DNA of 64,000 nucleotides from assembly GCA_002441245.1 (NCBI GenBank), contig DJVP01000011.1, positions 129,722-193,721 on the forward strand. The letters run 5' to 3'. The notes under the pieces are model-generated. The model was not told where the DNA came from, did no database searches, and worked only from the letters and a program-made list of their open reading frames with translations. Positions 51,559-63,300 of the stretch are shown here, piece after piece. The stretch is from Candidatus Omnitrophica bacterium UBA6253 (GTDB taxonomy: Bacteria > Omnitrophota > Gorgyraeia > Gygaellales > Profunditerraquicolaceae). The stretch's first letter is position 1; each line of letters starts with the position of its first letter. A program made the position numbers and the translations under genes.

Positions 51559-52507
51559 GATAGGCCTTACAATAGGAGATCCCGCCGGTATTGGTCCGGC
51601 TATTGCTTTAAAGGCGCTTGAGTTATTAAAAGGTAAAGTTAATTTTACGGTAATCGGCGACAGTTTTGTATTGTCCGAGGCAGCTAAGACTTTATGCATC
51701 AAGCCTGTGTTTTCGAATCTTATAGATTTACATAATGTAAAGAAAGACGGTTTTGTTTTTGGCAGGGTTAATTCTTTAAACGGTAAAGCCTCTTTGGAGT
51801 ATCTTGATAAAGCAGCAGAGTTGCTAAAGAATAGACAGCTTGATTGCTTAGTTACCTGTCCGATTTCGAAAGAAGCGATTAACCTGGCAGGGTCTAAATT
51901 CCCCGGACACACAGAGTATTTGGCAGATAAATTTAATTGCAAAGGTTTAACAATGGTGCTTATTAACAGCAAGTTTAGATTTAGTTTGGTCACCAGGCAT
52001 ATACCGCTTAAAGATGTTTGTAGGCAGATTACCCGTAATAGTTTGGAAAATAACATTTTGAATACAGTTAAAGGCTTAAAGTGTTTATTTTTAATACGCA
52101 AACCTAGGATTGTTGTCTGTGGAGTTAACCCCCATGCTTCTGATAATGGAATAATCGGCACAGAGGAGTTGAGAATAATTAAACCGGCAATCGCGGCCTT
52201 AAGAAAAAAGTGCAGGGAAGCGGTTATAACGGGGCCGCTTTCTGCGGATGTAGCAATATCAGAGTCCGCTAAGGGGAATTTTGATTGCGTTATTGTTTTG
52301 TATCATGATCAGGCGCTTATCCCTCTGAAATTGACAGATTTTGACAGCGGCATAAACCTTACTTTCGGATTGCCTTTTGTGCGGACTTCGCCTTTACATG
52401 GCACTGCCTTTGATTTGGCCACAAAACCTACCCTGGCTAATCCTAATTCTCTTATTGCAGCCGTAAAACTTGCCATAACATGTACCTTAAACCTAAAAAA
52501 AGCTTAG
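51515..52507 (+). CDS. pdxA: 4-hydroxythreonine-4-phosphate dehydrogenase
   Basis: IGLTIGDPAGIGP N-terminal motif and HTEYL / GPLSAD motifs. Confidence 0.85.
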   Translation: MNSRSNPILKSSTIRIGLTIGDPAGIGPAIALKALELLKGKVNFTVIGDSFVLSEAAKTLCIKPVFSNLIDLHNVKKDGFVFGRVNSLNGKASLEYLDKAAELLKNRQLDCLVTCPISKEAINLAGSKFPGHTEYLADKFNCKGLTMVLINSKFRFSLVTRHIPLKDVCRQITRNSLENNILNTVKGLKCLFLIRKPRIVVCGVNPHASDNGIIGTEELRIIKPAIAALRKKCREAVITGPLSADVAISESAKGNFDCVIVLYHDQALIPLKLTDFDSGINLTFGLPFVRTSPLHGTAFDLATKPTLANPNSLIAAVKLAITCTLNLKKA

Positions 52508-53322
52508 GCCAGAATTTTCTTGTTGATAAGAATATCCAGAGAAAAATAGTTTCTGCCTGCGCTTTATCTAAGGAAGACATTATTTTAGAGATTGGCGCCG
52601 GAATGGGGGATTTAACAGAACAGTTAGCGGTAGCTGCAAAGAGAGTTTATACTTTAGAGATTGACCGCCGCCTCTTTCCGGTACTTGAACAAAGATTACG
52701 CGAGCATACTAATTGCCAATTACTGAAAGAAAGCATATTAAAGTTTGATATTGATAAATTCTTGGAAGAGGATCTGATAAAGCAAAAAATAAAAGTGGTT
52801 GGCAACATACCTTATTATATATCCAGTCCGATTATCGAACACCTCGTTGAATATCGCGCTAATATAGATACGGTTTTTATGACTGTGCAAAAAGAATTCG
52901 GGCGCAGGGTTAATGCAGTTGCAGGGTCGAAAGAATACGGGTCATTCAGTTGTTTTGTGCAGTATTATGCCCAAAGCAAGATTATTTTTGAAATTAAAAA
53001 AGGGAGTTTTAGCCCCCGCCCAAAAGTAGATTCTTGTTTATTAAGTTTGAAGTTTAGACAGGAAGCGCCTGTTAAGGTTAAAGACGAGGGGCTATTTTTT
53101 AAATTAATACGCAGTGCTTTTAATCAAAGGAGAAAGACCTTAAGAAACAGTTTAGCAGATTTTATAACCTTAGGTTCACTTGAGCCATTTCTTGATAGAG
53201 AGGGGCTTGACAGGAATGTCCGACCGGAGGATCTTACTCTGGATAAATTCGCCCGCCTGAGTAATTCAATAGATTCCGCTAAGGATTTAGAGGTGCTTAA
53301 AAAAAATCAAAAAAGGTCTTGA
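52480..53322 (+). CDS. rsmA: 16S rRNA (adenine1518/1519-N6)-dimethyltransferase
   Basis: LGQNFLVD N-terminus, EIGAGMGDLT SAM motif, NIPY motif. Confidence 0.9.
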   Translation: MYLKPKKSLGQNFLVDKNIQRKIVSACALSKEDIILEIGAGMGDLTEQLAVAAKRVYTLEIDRRLFPVLEQRLREHTNCQLLKESILKFDIDKFLEEDLIKQKIKVVGNIPYYISSPIIEHLVEYRANIDTVFMTVQKEFGRRVNAVAGSKEYGSFSCFVQYYAQSKIIFEIKKGSFSPRPKVDSCLLSLKFRQEAPVKVKDEGLFFKLIRSAFNQRRKTLRNSLADFITLGSLEPFLDREGLDRNVRPEDLTLDKFARLSNSIDSAKDLEVLKKNQKRS

Positions 53323-53483
53323 CAAACAATCCATATTAGTATAAACTCTTTTTTTACGTAAATATCTATTATAACATCACTTTAGTTTGGTAGTATTATA
53401 ATCTCAAAGAGAGAATTGAATAATTTCTTGGCGTGTGGTTTTTTTTTGTTTAAAAGCTTATTCGACGGAGCGAATCCATTTCT

Positions 53484-53556
53484 GCTGGAGTAGCTCAGTT
53501 GGTAGAGCACGTCCTTGGTAAGGACGGGGTCACGAGTCCGATTCTCGTCTCCAGCT
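53484..53556 (+). tRNA. tRNA-Thr (anticodon GGT)
   Basis: Manual cloverleaf: acceptor GCTGGAG/CTCCAGC, D-arm GCTC-AGTTGGTA-GAGC, anticodon arm CGTCC-TTGGTAA-GGACG, variable GGGTC, T-arm ACGAG-TCCGATT-CTCGT. 73 nt; CCA not encoded. Confidence 0.85.
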
Positions 53557-53620
53557 TTCGTAGTTAACGAATACCGGCGCAATACCTTATAAGCGCGGGG
53601 TATAAAGAATAAATATAAAT

Positions 53621-53770
53621 ATGCGTGAAACAATCACTTTAGAATGTACGGTTTGCAAAAATCGGAATTATACGACGAGTAAAAATAAAAAGTTGCATCA
53701 AGATAGGCTTGAGCTTAGTAAGTTCTGCAATTCCTGTCATAAACATACCCCGCATAAGGAAATTAAATAA
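53621..53770 (+). CDS. rpmG: 50S ribosomal protein L33
   Basis: 49 aa, [24 protein letters not shown]...[14 protein letters not shown]. Below the ORF-track length cutoff. Confidence 0.85.
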   Translation: MRETITLECTVCKNRNYTTSKNKKLHQDRLELSKFCNSCHKHTPHKEIK

Positions 53771-53819
53771 GCGTTTAACTTACGAGCACGAAAGTGTGAG
53801 TAAGTTAATACGCGAATTT

Positions 53820-53876
53820 ATCCCGACGAATGCGTAAAAATTTCTTTAAATTTTTACGCGGGTTATGAGTCGGGAT
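53820..53876 (+). other. Nested perfect palindrome between rpmG and tRNA-Trp
   Basis: Outer arms atcccgac / gtcgggat (8 bp) enclose an inner hairpin cgtaaaaattt-cttt-aaatttttacg (11 bp). No trailing T-tract. Confidence 0.5.
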
Positions 53877-53899
53877 GGGAATTAGAAAGATTCAATCTT

Positions 53900-53970
53900 A
53901 GGGGCGTCGGTTAATGGCAAACCAACGGTCTCCAAAACCGTGACTGCAGGTTCAAGTCCTGCCGCTCCTG
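53900..53970 (+). tRNA. tRNA-Trp (anticodon CCA)
   Basis: Manual cloverleaf: acceptor AGGGGCG/CGCTCCT with one G-U pair, D-arm GGTT-AATGGCA-AACC, anticodon arm ACGGT-CTCCAAA-ACCGT, T-arm GCAGG-TTCAAGT-CCTGC. Canonical rpmG-tRNATrp-secE-nusG context. Confidence 0.85.
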
Positions 53971-54045
53971 TGGTTTTGAAAAAAGAGCGGCTTGAGGAGA
54001 AAACGCAGTCCCGTTTCCAAGGTATATTAATCCGGGAGAACGGGG

Positions 54046-54064
54046 CAAGTCCTGCCGCTCCTGT
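54046..54064 (+). repeat. 19-nt exact duplicate of the tRNA-Trp T-arm/acceptor 3' end, 76 nt downstream of the tRNA
   Basis: caagtcctgccgctcctgt at 54046-54064 matches tRNA positions 53953-53971. Confidence 0.7.
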
Positions 54065-54093
54065 AGTTACAGGTTGGGGAAAAAGTTATTAAA

Positions 54094-54285
54094 ATGAATA
54101 TTTTAGCAAAACCGGTAAATTTTTTAAAAGAAGTAAGGACTGAATTAAGCAAGGTTTCATGGTCAACCAGAAAAGAACTTTTGGCTTCTACGATTTTAGT
54201 AATTACTGTTACAGGGATAATGACAATTTTCATAGGGATAGTAGATCTGGGCTTATCCAGATTTCTAAGTGTGATTTTTAAATGA
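54094..54285 (+). CDS. secE: Preprotein translocase subunit SecE
   Basis: 63 aa, single C-terminal TM helix; position before nusG. Confidence 0.85.
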   Translation: MNILAKPVNFLKEVRTELSKVSWSTRKELLASTILVITVTGIMTIFIGIVDLGLSRFLSVIFK

Positions 54286-54809
54286 AGAAATGGTATGTTG
54301 TCCACACCCAGACCGGGATAGAAGAAAAGGTTAAGACCTCTCTGGATAAAAAGATTGCCTCAAGCGGTCTGAATGAATTAATTTCCAGTGTGGTTATTCC
54401 TACTGAGCAGGTTTCTGAAGTGCGTTCAGGAAAAAAGAAGATTACCCAGCGAAAATTCTTCCCTGGGTATTTGTTAGTAGAGATGGATTTGAGTGAAGAG
54501 ACGTATTTATTTATCAAGAATTCTCCGGGAGTTACGGGCTTTATAGGATTAGGCAGGAAACCTGTGCCCCTTCCTCAGGAAGAAGTGGATAGTATCCTTA
54601 AGCGTACCAAGGAAACTGCCGCTAAGCCCTCACCTAAAATAGTCTTTGAGAAAGGTGAGCAGGTGCGAGTTAATGAAGGGCCATTCTTGAATTTTAATGG
54701 GGTAATTGAAGAAGTTTATCCTGAAAAAGGCAAGGTTAAAGTAAGTGTTTCTATATTTGGGCGCTCTACTCCGGTGGAGTTAGAGTACTGGCAGGTGGAG
54801 AGGGTATAA
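54282..54809 (+). CDS. nusG: Transcription termination/antitermination factor NusG
   Basis: NGN domain ([14 protein letters not shown]) and a KOW C-terminus. The start overlaps the secE stop. Confidence 0.95.
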   Translation: MKKWYVVHTQTGIEEKVKTSLDKKIASSGLNELISSVVIPTEQVSEVRSGKKKITQRKFFPGYLLVEMDLSEETYLFIKNSPGVTGFIGLGRKPVPLPQEEVDSILKRTKETAAKPSPKIVFEKGEQVRVNEGPFLNFNGVIEEVYPEKGKVKVSVSIFGRSTPVELEYWQVERV

Positions 54810-54811
54810 AT

Positions 54812-55237
54812 ATGGCAAAGGCAATTAAAGCTCAAATTAAATTACATGTTCCTGCAGCGCAGGCAAATCCTGCTCCTCCGGTAGGCCCGGCCTTAGGGCA
54901 GCATGGCGTAAATATTATGCAGTTTTGTAAGCAGTTTAATGACCAGACTAAGGGCAGGGATGGCCTGATCCTGCCGGTAGTTATCAGCGTTTATGAAGAT
55001 AGGACCTTTACCTTTATTATAAAGAGCCCGCCTTCATCCATTTTGTTGAAAAGGGCGGCAAATTTAGCCAAGGCCTCTGGTATCAGCGGAAAGGAAACTA
55101 TAGGTAAAGTAACTAAAAAACAAGTTGAGGAGATTGCCAAGCTTAAACTTTCGGATTTAAATACCGCTAGCATGGAACAGGCGATTAAGATTATTGAAGG
55201 TACCGCGCGCAGCATGGGCATAGCGGTTGAAGGATAA
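54812..55237 (+). CDS. rplK: 50S ribosomal protein L11
   Basis: [24 protein letters not shown]11 signature. Confidence 0.95.
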   Translation: MAKAIKAQIKLHVPAAQANPAPPVGPALGQHGVNIMQFCKQFNDQTKGRDGLILPVVISVYEDRTFTFIIKSPPSSILLKRAANLAKASGISGKETIGKVTKKQVEEIAKLKLSDLNTASMEQAIKIIEGTARSMGIAVEG

Positions 55238-55239
55238 AC

Positions 55240-55920
55240 ATGAAAACATCCAGCAAAAGATATAAAGAATCGGTTAAGCAGGTTGAGCAGGACAAGCTTT
55301 ATCAGTTAAAGGAAGCAATTATTTTATTAAAAAAGCTGCCTAAACCAAAGTTTGACGGCTCAGTTGACCTGCATTTTAATTTGAGCGTAGATACTAAGAA
55401 GAGTGATCAAATGGTGCGCGGGACAGTTGTGCTTCCTCACGGAACCGGCAAGAAAGTGCGCGTGGCGGTGTTTTGTAAAGGTGAACATGAACGCCAGGCC
55501 AGGGAAGCAAAGGCAGATTATGTGGGGGGTACGGAATTAATTGATAAGGTTGGTGCTGGATTTCTTGATTTTGATTGCGCTATAGCCACTCCTGAAATGA
55601 TGAAAGATTTGAGTAAACTAGGAAAAGTATTGGGCCCGCGTGGTTTGATGCCCAGCCCTAAAACCGGAACAGTTACCAATGATATAACAAAAGCTATAGA
55701 AGATGTAAGAAAAGGCAAGGTTGAATTCCGTGTTGACAAGCAGGGCGGGATGCATTTATCTGTGGGAAAGATATCCTTTACTGAAGAACAGCTAAATGAT
55801 AATGCTTCTAAGGTTATAGAGGCAGTAAATGAATCCAGGCCTGCTTCTGTAAAAGGTAAGTTTGTGAAAAGTCTAGGCATTGCTACTTCTATGAATCCGG
55901 GATTACGGATTGCCTGCTAA
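55240..55920 (+). CDS. rplA: 50S ribosomal protein L1
   Basis: L1 family. 226 aa. Confidence 0.95.
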   Translation: MKTSSKRYKESVKQVEQDKLYQLKEAIILLKKLPKPKFDGSVDLHFNLSVDTKKSDQMVRGTVVLPHGTGKKVRVAVFCKGEHERQAREAKADYVGGTELIDKVGAGFLDFDCAIATPEMMKDLSKLGKVLGPRGLMPSPKTGTVTNDITKAIEDVRKGKVEFRVDKQGGMHLSVGKISFTEEQLNDNASKVIEAVNESRPASVKGKFVKSLGIATSMNPGLRIAC

Positions 55921-55949
55921 GTAAGTAATGCGCAAAGTGAGCTTATAAT

Positions 55950-56474
55950 ATGAAAAAAATCGGATTGTTGGTAAAAGAAACATCTGAAAATCGCATAAAG
56001 AACAGCTTTAAATCTTCCAGGGGGTTGATTGTTGTAAAATACTCTGGAGTAGCCAGCCCTGATATGAGCGGATTAAGAAAGACGCTTAAGGCAACCGGTT
56101 CAGATCTTTTTGTAGTCAAGAACAGCGTAGCCAGAAGGGCAATGAAAGAGTTAGGGCTAAATGACCTGATTAAGTCTATTGAATCCCCCTGCGGGTTGAT
56201 ATTCTTTAAGGATGAGCCAGTAGATACTTCTAAGATTTTATGCGCCTTTCGTAAAGATCATGAAAAACTTATATTAGAAGGCGGCCTTCTGGAGGAGAAG
56301 CTATTAACTTCAAAAGACATAGAAATCATGAGCAAGCTTCCATCTAAGGATGTCCTAAGGGCTCAAGTGGTCTGCGCTTTGAACGGTCCGATTGTCAAGG
56401 TAGTTGTTGTATTGAATCAAACTTTAAAGAAATTTGTTTATTGCATAGATCAAATCAGGCAGAAGAAACAGTAA
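55950..56474 (+). CDS. rplJ: 50S ribosomal protein L10
   Basis: L10 family, positioned between rplA and rplL. Confidence 0.9.
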   Translation: MKKIGLLVKETSENRIKNSFKSSRGLIVVKYSGVASPDMSGLRKTLKATGSDLFVVKNSVARRAMKELGLNDLIKSIESPCGLIFFKDEPVDTSKILCAFRKDHEKLILEGGLLEEKLLTSKDIEIMSKLPSKDVLRAQVVCALNGPIVKVVVVLNQTLKKFVYCIDQIRQKKQ

Positions 56475-56514
56475 TTAATACTAATAAATAGAAAAGCTAA
56501 AAAGGGAGGAATAA

Positions 56515-56898
56515 ATGGCAACTGAAAAATTGGAAGAATTAATTAAGTCTATAGAGACGATGAGCGTCCTGGAACTCGCTGACTTAGTTAAGGCTTTGGA
56601 AGAAAAATTCGGCGTAAGCGCGAATATGCCGATGGCCGCAGCTCCTGCTGCAGGCGGCGCAGCTCCTGCTGCAGCAGCAGAGGAGAAAAGCGTATTTACC
56701 GTAATGCTGGTTAATGCCGGTGCAAATAAGATTGCGGTAATCAAAGAAGTTCGTACCATTACTAACTTGGGTTTAAAAGAAGCCAAGGATTTAGTAGATG
56801 CTGCTCCTAAGGCAATCAAGGAAGGCGCTACTAAAGATGAAGCTGCTGAAATCAAAAAGAAACTGGAAGCAGCTGGCGCTACCGTAGAACTAAAGTAA
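56515..56898 (+). CDS. rplL: 50S ribosomal protein L7/L12
   Basis: N-terminal dimerisation helix, Ala/Pro-rich hinge, C-terminal domain. GGGAGG RBS. Confidence 0.95.
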   Translation: MATEKLEELIKSIETMSVLELADLVKALEEKFGVSANMPMAAAPAAGGAAPAAAAEEKSVFTVMLVNAGANKIAVIKEVRTITNLGLKEAKDLVDAAPKAIKEGATKDEAAEIKKKLEAAGATVELK

Positions 56899-56970
56899 AT
56901 AAGAGTAAATATAAGTAAGTTTAAGTAAACCTAAGTAATCAAAACAGGCTGAATTTAGCCATAAGGGATT

Positions 56971-59900
56971 ATGAATAAACGTAAAAGCTTTGCTAAAATA
57001 AAAGAAGTTTACGATTTGCCTAATCTATTGGATGTACAGCTTGATACTTATCGTGAATTTCTGCAGATGGATGTACCGGTAGATGAAAAAAAGAATCAAG
57101 GGCTTCAGGAGGTTTTTGGAGAGATCTTTCCAATCGAGAGCCCCGATCGTTCTGTGAAATTAGATTTTATCAGTTATTCTTTAGGTAAGCCTAAGTACAC
57201 AATAAGCGAATCCAAAAATCGCTCATTGACTTATGCCTCTCCTTTAAAGGTAAAATTCCGTTTAACTACTCCTCGTGAAACAAAAGAGCAGGATGCCTAT
57301 TTTGGCGAGATACCTTTAATGACTGAGACGGGTACTTTTATTATAAATGGCGACGAGCGTGTGGTAGTCAGCCAATTACAGCGTTCTCCGGGTGTGTCTT
57401 TTGAAGAGGAGTTACATCCAACAGGTAAGAAGATTTTTTACGGCCGCGTTATCCCTTACCGCGGAGCATGGTTAGAATTTAAATATGATCTTACGGAGAC
57501 AATTACCGCTTATGTTGACCGCCGCAGGAATTTTCCCGCAACACAAATCTTGAGGATACTTGGTTTTTCCGAAGACAGCCAGATTTTTGCCGCTTTTGGC
57601 AAAGAGCACCCGGAAATTATCAATACCTTAAAAAAAGATTACACTAAGAATAAAGAAGAGGCATATCTTGATTTTTATCGCAAGATGAGGCCTACTGAGC
57701 CGGTTACCAAAGAGGCTGCGGAAGGCTTGTTCTATAGATTATTTTTTGATCCTGCCAGATATGATTTAGAGCGTGCGGGTCGATTTATCTTGAACCGTAA
57801 ATTGGATATGGATGTATCTTTAGAAAAAAGGATACTTGATTCTGATACTGTAATTAAGGTAATCGAATATCTGATTAAGTTAAATGCCGGCACAGGAAAA
57901 ATTGATGATATCGATCATTTAGGAAACCGCCGGGTAAAAAGCGTCGGCGAGTTAGTGCAAAATCAGGTGCGTATTGGGCTTTCCAGGGTTGAGCGTTCAA
58001 TCAAGGAGAGATTGAGTATTTTAGGCGAGTTTGATAATTTAAATGTGCATTATCTGATTAACTCTAAGCTTTTAAGCAACCAGATCCGTGATTTTTTCGG
58101 CCGCAGCCAGTTATCCCAGTTTATGGATCAGATTAATCCACTGGCAGAGATGACCCATAAGCGCCGCTTGAGCGCTTTAGGGCCAGGGGGCCTGTCACGC
58201 GAAAGGGCAGGTTTTGAAGTAAGGGATATCCATCCTTCACATTATGGGAGGGTTTGCCCAATTGAAACTCCTGAAGGCCCGAATATCGGCCTGATTGCTT
58301 CTTTAAGTTGTTTTGCGCGTATTAATGCTTTAGGTTTGATCGAAACCCCGTACCGTAAAGTTGAAGACGGCCGCGTAACTAAGAAATTCGAATATTTGAC
58401 TGCAGATATCGAAGAGGATAAGATTATTGCTCAGGCTGATGTTGCCTTAGACAGCGAGGGAAGATTTATAGATAAGTTTGTCACCTGCCGGTATAGAGAG
58501 GATTTCCCGAAAGTTTTAGCAAAAGATGTCCAGTATATGGATGTTTCCGCTAAGCAGTTGGTTTCTGTTGCCGCGGCATTAATTCCTTTTCTAGAGCATG
58601 ATGATGCTAACCGCGCGCTTATGGGGTCAAACATGCAAAGACAGGCAGTGCCTTTAATGATAACCGAATCCCCTTTGGTAGGTACCGACATGGAAGCAAA
58701 GGTAGCTCAGGATTCCGGCACAGTGGTTATTTCTCAGGATGCAGGGAAGGTAACTAGTGTTGATTCTTTATCAATTACAGTTGGCAAGAAGATTTATCAT
58801 TTGAAGAAATTCCTGCGCACTAACGCAGATACCTCAATAAATCAAAGGCCATTGGTAAAATTAGGTGACCGGGTAGAGCCGGGCCAGGCAATTGCCGATG
58901 GCATTGCCACTAAAGAAGGCGAGTTGGCTTTAGGTAAGAATGTCTTGGTAGCTTTTATGCCTTGGAGAGGTTATAATTTTGAAGACGCTATCCTTATCAG
59001 CGAGAAATTAATCAAAGAGGATACTTTTACCTCCATACATATTGAAGAATTTGAGATCGAGGCTGCTGAAACCAGGCTAGGCAATGAAGAGATTACCCGC
59101 GATATCCCTAATGTAAGCGAAGAAGCTCTAAGGAATTTGGATGAAGACGGGATTATACGCGTTGGTGCCGAGGTTAGCGCAGGAGATATCTTGGTTGGTA
59201 AAATCACCCCTAAGACTGATTCTGAGCCCAGCCCCGAAGAAAGATTGTTGCGTGCGATTTTCGGAGAAAAGGCCGGGGATGTTCGTGATACCTCTTTAGT
59301 TGTCCCTCCTGGTGTTGAGGGGGTAGTTATCGATGTACATGTTTTTCAACGTAAGGATCGCGGCCGTAAGACAAAAGAAGAAAAAACCAAAGAGTTAGCT
59401 AAGATCCGCGAACTCAAAGCTTATTATAAACAGGAGATTGAGTTTTTGCAGATTGAAAAAACTGTGCGTTTAGCACAGGTTTTAGGTATAGATAAAAAGA
59501 AGGTGGAGAAGTTTGATTTTAGTGATAATGATGAAGCAAAGATTTTAGCTGCTTCTTTTGATGAGCAGATGCAGGAGTTGTTGGCCGAGGAAGAACAAGA
59601 GATTGAAAAGGTGCGCCGGGGAGATGAATTGCCCACGGGTATCTTAAAGAGGGTTGTGGTTTATATCGCTACAAAACGGAAGCTTTCCGAAGGGGATAAA
59701 CTCGCTGGCCGCCATGGTAATAAGGGTGTGGTTGCCAGGATCATTCCTGAAGAAAATATGCCTTATATGCCTGATGGCACGCCGGTAGACGTAGTTTTAA
59801 ACCCGCTAGGCGTACCTTCACGTATGAATGTAGGACAGATTCTGGAGTGTCATTTAGGTTGGGCGGTAAAGGCCTTGGGTTTAAATGTGAGCTGCCCGAT

Positions 59901-60375
59901 ATTTGATAGTGCTAAAGAAAGTGAGATTAAGGAATTATTAAAAAAGGCAGGTCTTCCTGAAGACGGCAAGATCACACTTTATGACGGTTATAGCGGTGAA
60001 CCTTTTGACCAGAAAGTAACTGTCGGGTATATGTATATTCTGAAATTAATCCATTTAGTTGACGAAAAGATACATGCCCGTTCTATCGGTCCGTATTCCT
60101 TGGTTACCCAGCAGCCATTAGGCGGTAAAGCACAATTCGGCGGACAGAGGTTAGGTGAAATGGAAGTTTGGGCCTTAGAAGCATACGGGGCGGCATTTAC
60201 CTTACAGGAAATGCTTACTGTCAAGAGCGACGACGTGAGCGGAAGAACGCGCATTTATGAGGCAATAGTTAAGGGTGAGCAGCGTTTAACCCATGGAACC
60301 CCAGAATCATTTAATGTTTTAATCAAAGAATTACAAGGCTTATGCCTTGATATCAAGACAGAAAAGGCAAAATAA
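56971..60375 (+). CDS. rpoB: DNA-directed RNA polymerase subunit beta
   Basis: 1134 aa with all conserved beta-subunit regions (e.g. [27 protein letters not shown]). Confidence 0.97.
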   Translation: MNKRKSFAKIKEVYDLPNLLDVQLDTYREFLQMDVPVDEKKNQGLQEVFGEIFPIESPDRSVKLDFISYSLGKPKYTISESKNRSLTYASPLKVKFRLTTPRETKEQDAYFGEIPLMTETGTFIINGDERVVVSQLQRSPGVSFEEELHPTGKKIFYGRVIPYRGAWLEFKYDLTETITAYVDRRRNFPATQILRILGFSEDSQIFAAFGKEHPEIINTLKKDYTKNKEEAYLDFYRKMRPTEPVTKEAAEGLFYRLFFDPARYDLERAGRFILNRKLDMDVSLEKRILDSDTVIKVIEYLIKLNAGTGKIDDIDHLGNRRVKSVGELVQNQVRIGLSRVERSIKERLSILGEFDNLNVHYLINSKLLSNQIRDFFGRSQLSQFMDQINPLAEMTHKRRLSALGPGGLSRERAGFEVRDIHPSHYGRVCPIETPEGPNIGLIASLSCFARINALGLIETPYRKVEDGRVTKKFEYLTADIEEDKIIAQADVALDSEGRFIDKFVTCRYREDFPKVLAKDVQYMDVSAKQLVSVAAALIPFLEHDDANRALMGSNMQRQAVPLMITESPLVGTDMEAKVAQDSGTVVISQDAGKVTSVDSLSITVGKKIYHLKKFLRTNADTSINQRPLVKLGDRVEPGQAIADGIATKEGELALGKNVLVAFMPWRGYNFEDAILISEKLIKEDTFTSIHIEEFEIEAAETRLGNEEITRDIPNVSEEALRNLDEDGIIRVGAEVSAGDILVGKITPKTDSEPSPEERLLRAIFGEKAGDVRDTSLVVPPGVEGVVIDVHVFQRKDRGRKTKEEKTKELAKIRELKAYYKQEIEFLQIEKTVRLAQVLGIDKKKVEKFDFSDNDEAKILAASFDEQMQELLAEEEQEIEKVRRGDELPTGILKRVVVYIATKRKLSEGDKLAGRHGNKGVVARIIPEENMPYMPDGTPVDVVLNPLGVPSRMNVGQILECHLGWAVKALGLNVSCPIFDSAKESEIKELLKKAGLPEDGKITLYDGYSGEPFDQKVTVGYMYILKLIHLVDEKIHARSIGPYSLVTQQPLGGKAQFGGQRLGEMEVWALEAYGAAFTLQEMLTVKSDDVSGRTRIYEAIVKGEQRLTHGTPESFNVLIKELQGLCLDIKTEKAK

Positions 60376-63300
60376 TGGAAGAAATCGTCTCATTCGATAG
60401 TATCTCAATTAAGATCGCCAGTTCCCAGGTAATTAAACTTTGGTCTAAAGGCGAGGTTAGAAAAGCGGAAACTATTAATTACCGAACGCTCAAACCGGAA
60501 AAAGACGGCTTGTTTTGCGAAAAGATTTTTGGCCCGGTGCGCGATTGGGAATGTAACTGTGGTAAATATAAGGGTATAAAATTCAAAGGGATTACCTGTG
60601 ATCGTTGCGGTGTGACCGTCGATCGCTCCTCCGTCCGGCGCGAACGCATGGGGCATATTGATTTAGCTACGCCGGTTACGCATATCTGGTTCTTTAAAGC
60701 CGTACCCAGCCGCATGAGCGCATTATTGGATATCGGATTAAGGGATTTAGAGAGGATTATTTATTATGAGGAATATGTTGTTGTTGATCCCGGCACTACT
60801 CCTTTAAAGAAAAAAGAGTTGCTCAGCGATGAGCAGTATCAGGAAGCATTGGATAAATATGGGGCAAATTTCAAGGCCAAGATCGGCGCTGAAGCGATAG
60901 TTGAACTTTTAAAAGAATTAGATTTGGATGCTGTCTGCCGTAAGTTCAGGAAGGACTTAGAGAAATCAAAGGATGTTTTAAGTAACCGTAAAGCGATTAA
61001 AAGTCTAAAGATTGTTGAAGATTTTAAGAAAAGCGGCAATAAGCCGGAATGGATGATTTTAAGTATCCTGCCGGTAATCCCTCCGGATTTACGTCCGTTA
61101 GTCCCGCTTGAAGGCGGAAGGTTTGCCACAAGCGACCTGAATGATTTATATCGCAGGGTAATTAATCGCAATAACCGTCTTAGAAAGTTAATGGAGTTAA
61201 GCGCTCCTGAGATTATTATACGTAATGAAAAACGCATGTTACAGGAAGCTGTTGATGCGCTTTTAGATAATGGCCGTCATGGCAAGCCTGTAAATGGGGC
61301 CAATAACCGTCCATTAAAATCACTTTCCGATATGCTGAAAGGAAAACAGGGTAGGTTCAGGCAGAATCTTCTTGGTAAGCGCGTAGATTATTCGGGGCGT
61401 TCGGTTATTGTCGTTGGCCCTGAGTTAAAACTGCATGAATGCGGTCTTCCTAAGCAAATGGCCCTGGAATTATTTGAGCCCTTTATTATCAAGAAATTAA
61501 GAGAAAAAGGTTTTGTGCATACTATTAAAGGCGCCCGCCGTATGGTTGAGCGCGGCAAGATTGAAGTTTGGGATATCCTGGATGAAGTAATCAAGGACCA
61601 TCCGGTTATGCTTAACCGTGCGCCTACCTTGCACCGTTTAGGTATCCAGGCATTCCAGCCGTTATTAATCGAAGGTAAATCAATAAAGATACACCCGTTA
61701 GTCTGTACTGCTTTTAACGCGGACTTTGACGGGGACCAGATGGCCGTGCATGTACCTTTATCTTTAGAGTCTCAACTAGAGACCAAAGTACTTATTATGG
61801 CCATAAATAATATATTTTCTCCGGCTGATGGCCGTCCGGTGATCTCTCCAACCCAGGATATTATCCTGGGTGTTTCATATCTTAGCAAGGAGAAGCCAGG
61901 TGCATTTGGGGAAGGGAAAGTGTTTTCCAATGCCGATGAGGTCTTGGTGGCTTATGATGATAAAGCTGTTGAATTGCACGCCAAGATCAAGGTCCGCATT
62001 AATTCTTTATATGATTTTGACCAGAAGAAATTGATTGATGGAAAACAACTGCTTGCTACTACTGTCGGACGAGTGATGTTTAACCAGGTTCTTCCTGCTG
62101 AGTTCGGGTTTGTTAACCGGGAATTGAACAAGGGCAGAGTTAGCGATATAGTAGTCAGCTGTTATAAAAGGTTCGGGCATACCGTAACCATTAAATTGCT
62201 AGATGATATTAAACGCTTAGGTTTTGAAATGGGCACCTTAGGCGGTATTTCTATTGGTATAGATGATATGACTGTGCCATTGGAAAAGCCGGAGGTTCTA
62301 AGGGAATCTAAAGAAGAGGTAGTCAGGGTTGAGGATCAATATCGTAAAGGTATAATTACTGACAGCGAGCGTAAATCCAAAGTTATTGACATCTGGACAC
62401 ATACAACGGATAAAATATCAGATTTACTGTTTAAGGGGATGCATGCATTTAATCCTATTTTTATGATGGCAGACTCAGGCGCCCGCGGTTCACGTTTGCA
62501 GGTAAGGCAGTTGGCTGGTATGCGTGGCCTTATGGCTAAACCCAGCGGTGAAATCATTGAAAATCCGATTACTGCTAATTTCCGTGAAGGTTTAAATGTT
62601 CTAGAATATTTTATTTCCACTCACGGCGCACGTAAGGGGCTGGCCGATACTGCCCTTAAAACCGCTGATGCAGGATACTTAACCCGCAGGCTGGTGGATG
62701 TTGCCCAGGAGGTTATTGTTTGTGAAGAGGATTGCGGTACTCTTAATGGTATTACCGTTTCGGCAATTGTTGAAGGCGATGAAGAGGTAGTTAGTCTCAA
62801 AGATCGTATTATCGGCAGGGTGGCTTTGGACAATGTGGTTGATATTATTACTGATGAGGTTATTGTTGAACAGGGGCATGAAATTACCGAAGAAAATACC
62901 GATCAGATAGAGAAACTAGGGATTGAAAAGATACGCATACGCAGTGTTTTAACATGTGAATCCGGAAGGGGGGTTTGCGCTAAATGTTACGGCCGAAATC
63001 TTTCTACCGGCAGGTTAATTGAGCTGGGTGAGGCAATCGGAGTTGTAGCAGCCCAGAGTATTGGCGAGCCCGGTACCCAGCTGACTATGAGAACTTTCCA
63101 TATAGGAGGCACGGCCTCCAGGACTATTGAACAGTCATTTGTTAAGTCTAAGAATGACGGTATAGTTAAATATCATAATTTAAGGGTCACACTTAAAAAT
63201 AAAGAGAACGTAGCTTTAAACAGGAATGGCGCTATCAGTATTAATGATGCCCAGGGGCGCGAGCTTGAGCGTTATCCGGTTCCTCAGGGTGCATTTATCA

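Noticed and set aside
53382-53633. 83-aa minus-strand ORF
   Set aside because: It overlaps tRNA-Thr (53484-53556) and the rpmG start, and is an artefact of the tRNA region.
53953-54064. tRNA-Trp 3' duplication as the boundary of an integrated genomic island
   Set aside because: Only about 75 bp lie between the copies and there is no integrase or cargo. At most it is a remnant, so I reported it only as a low-confidence finding.
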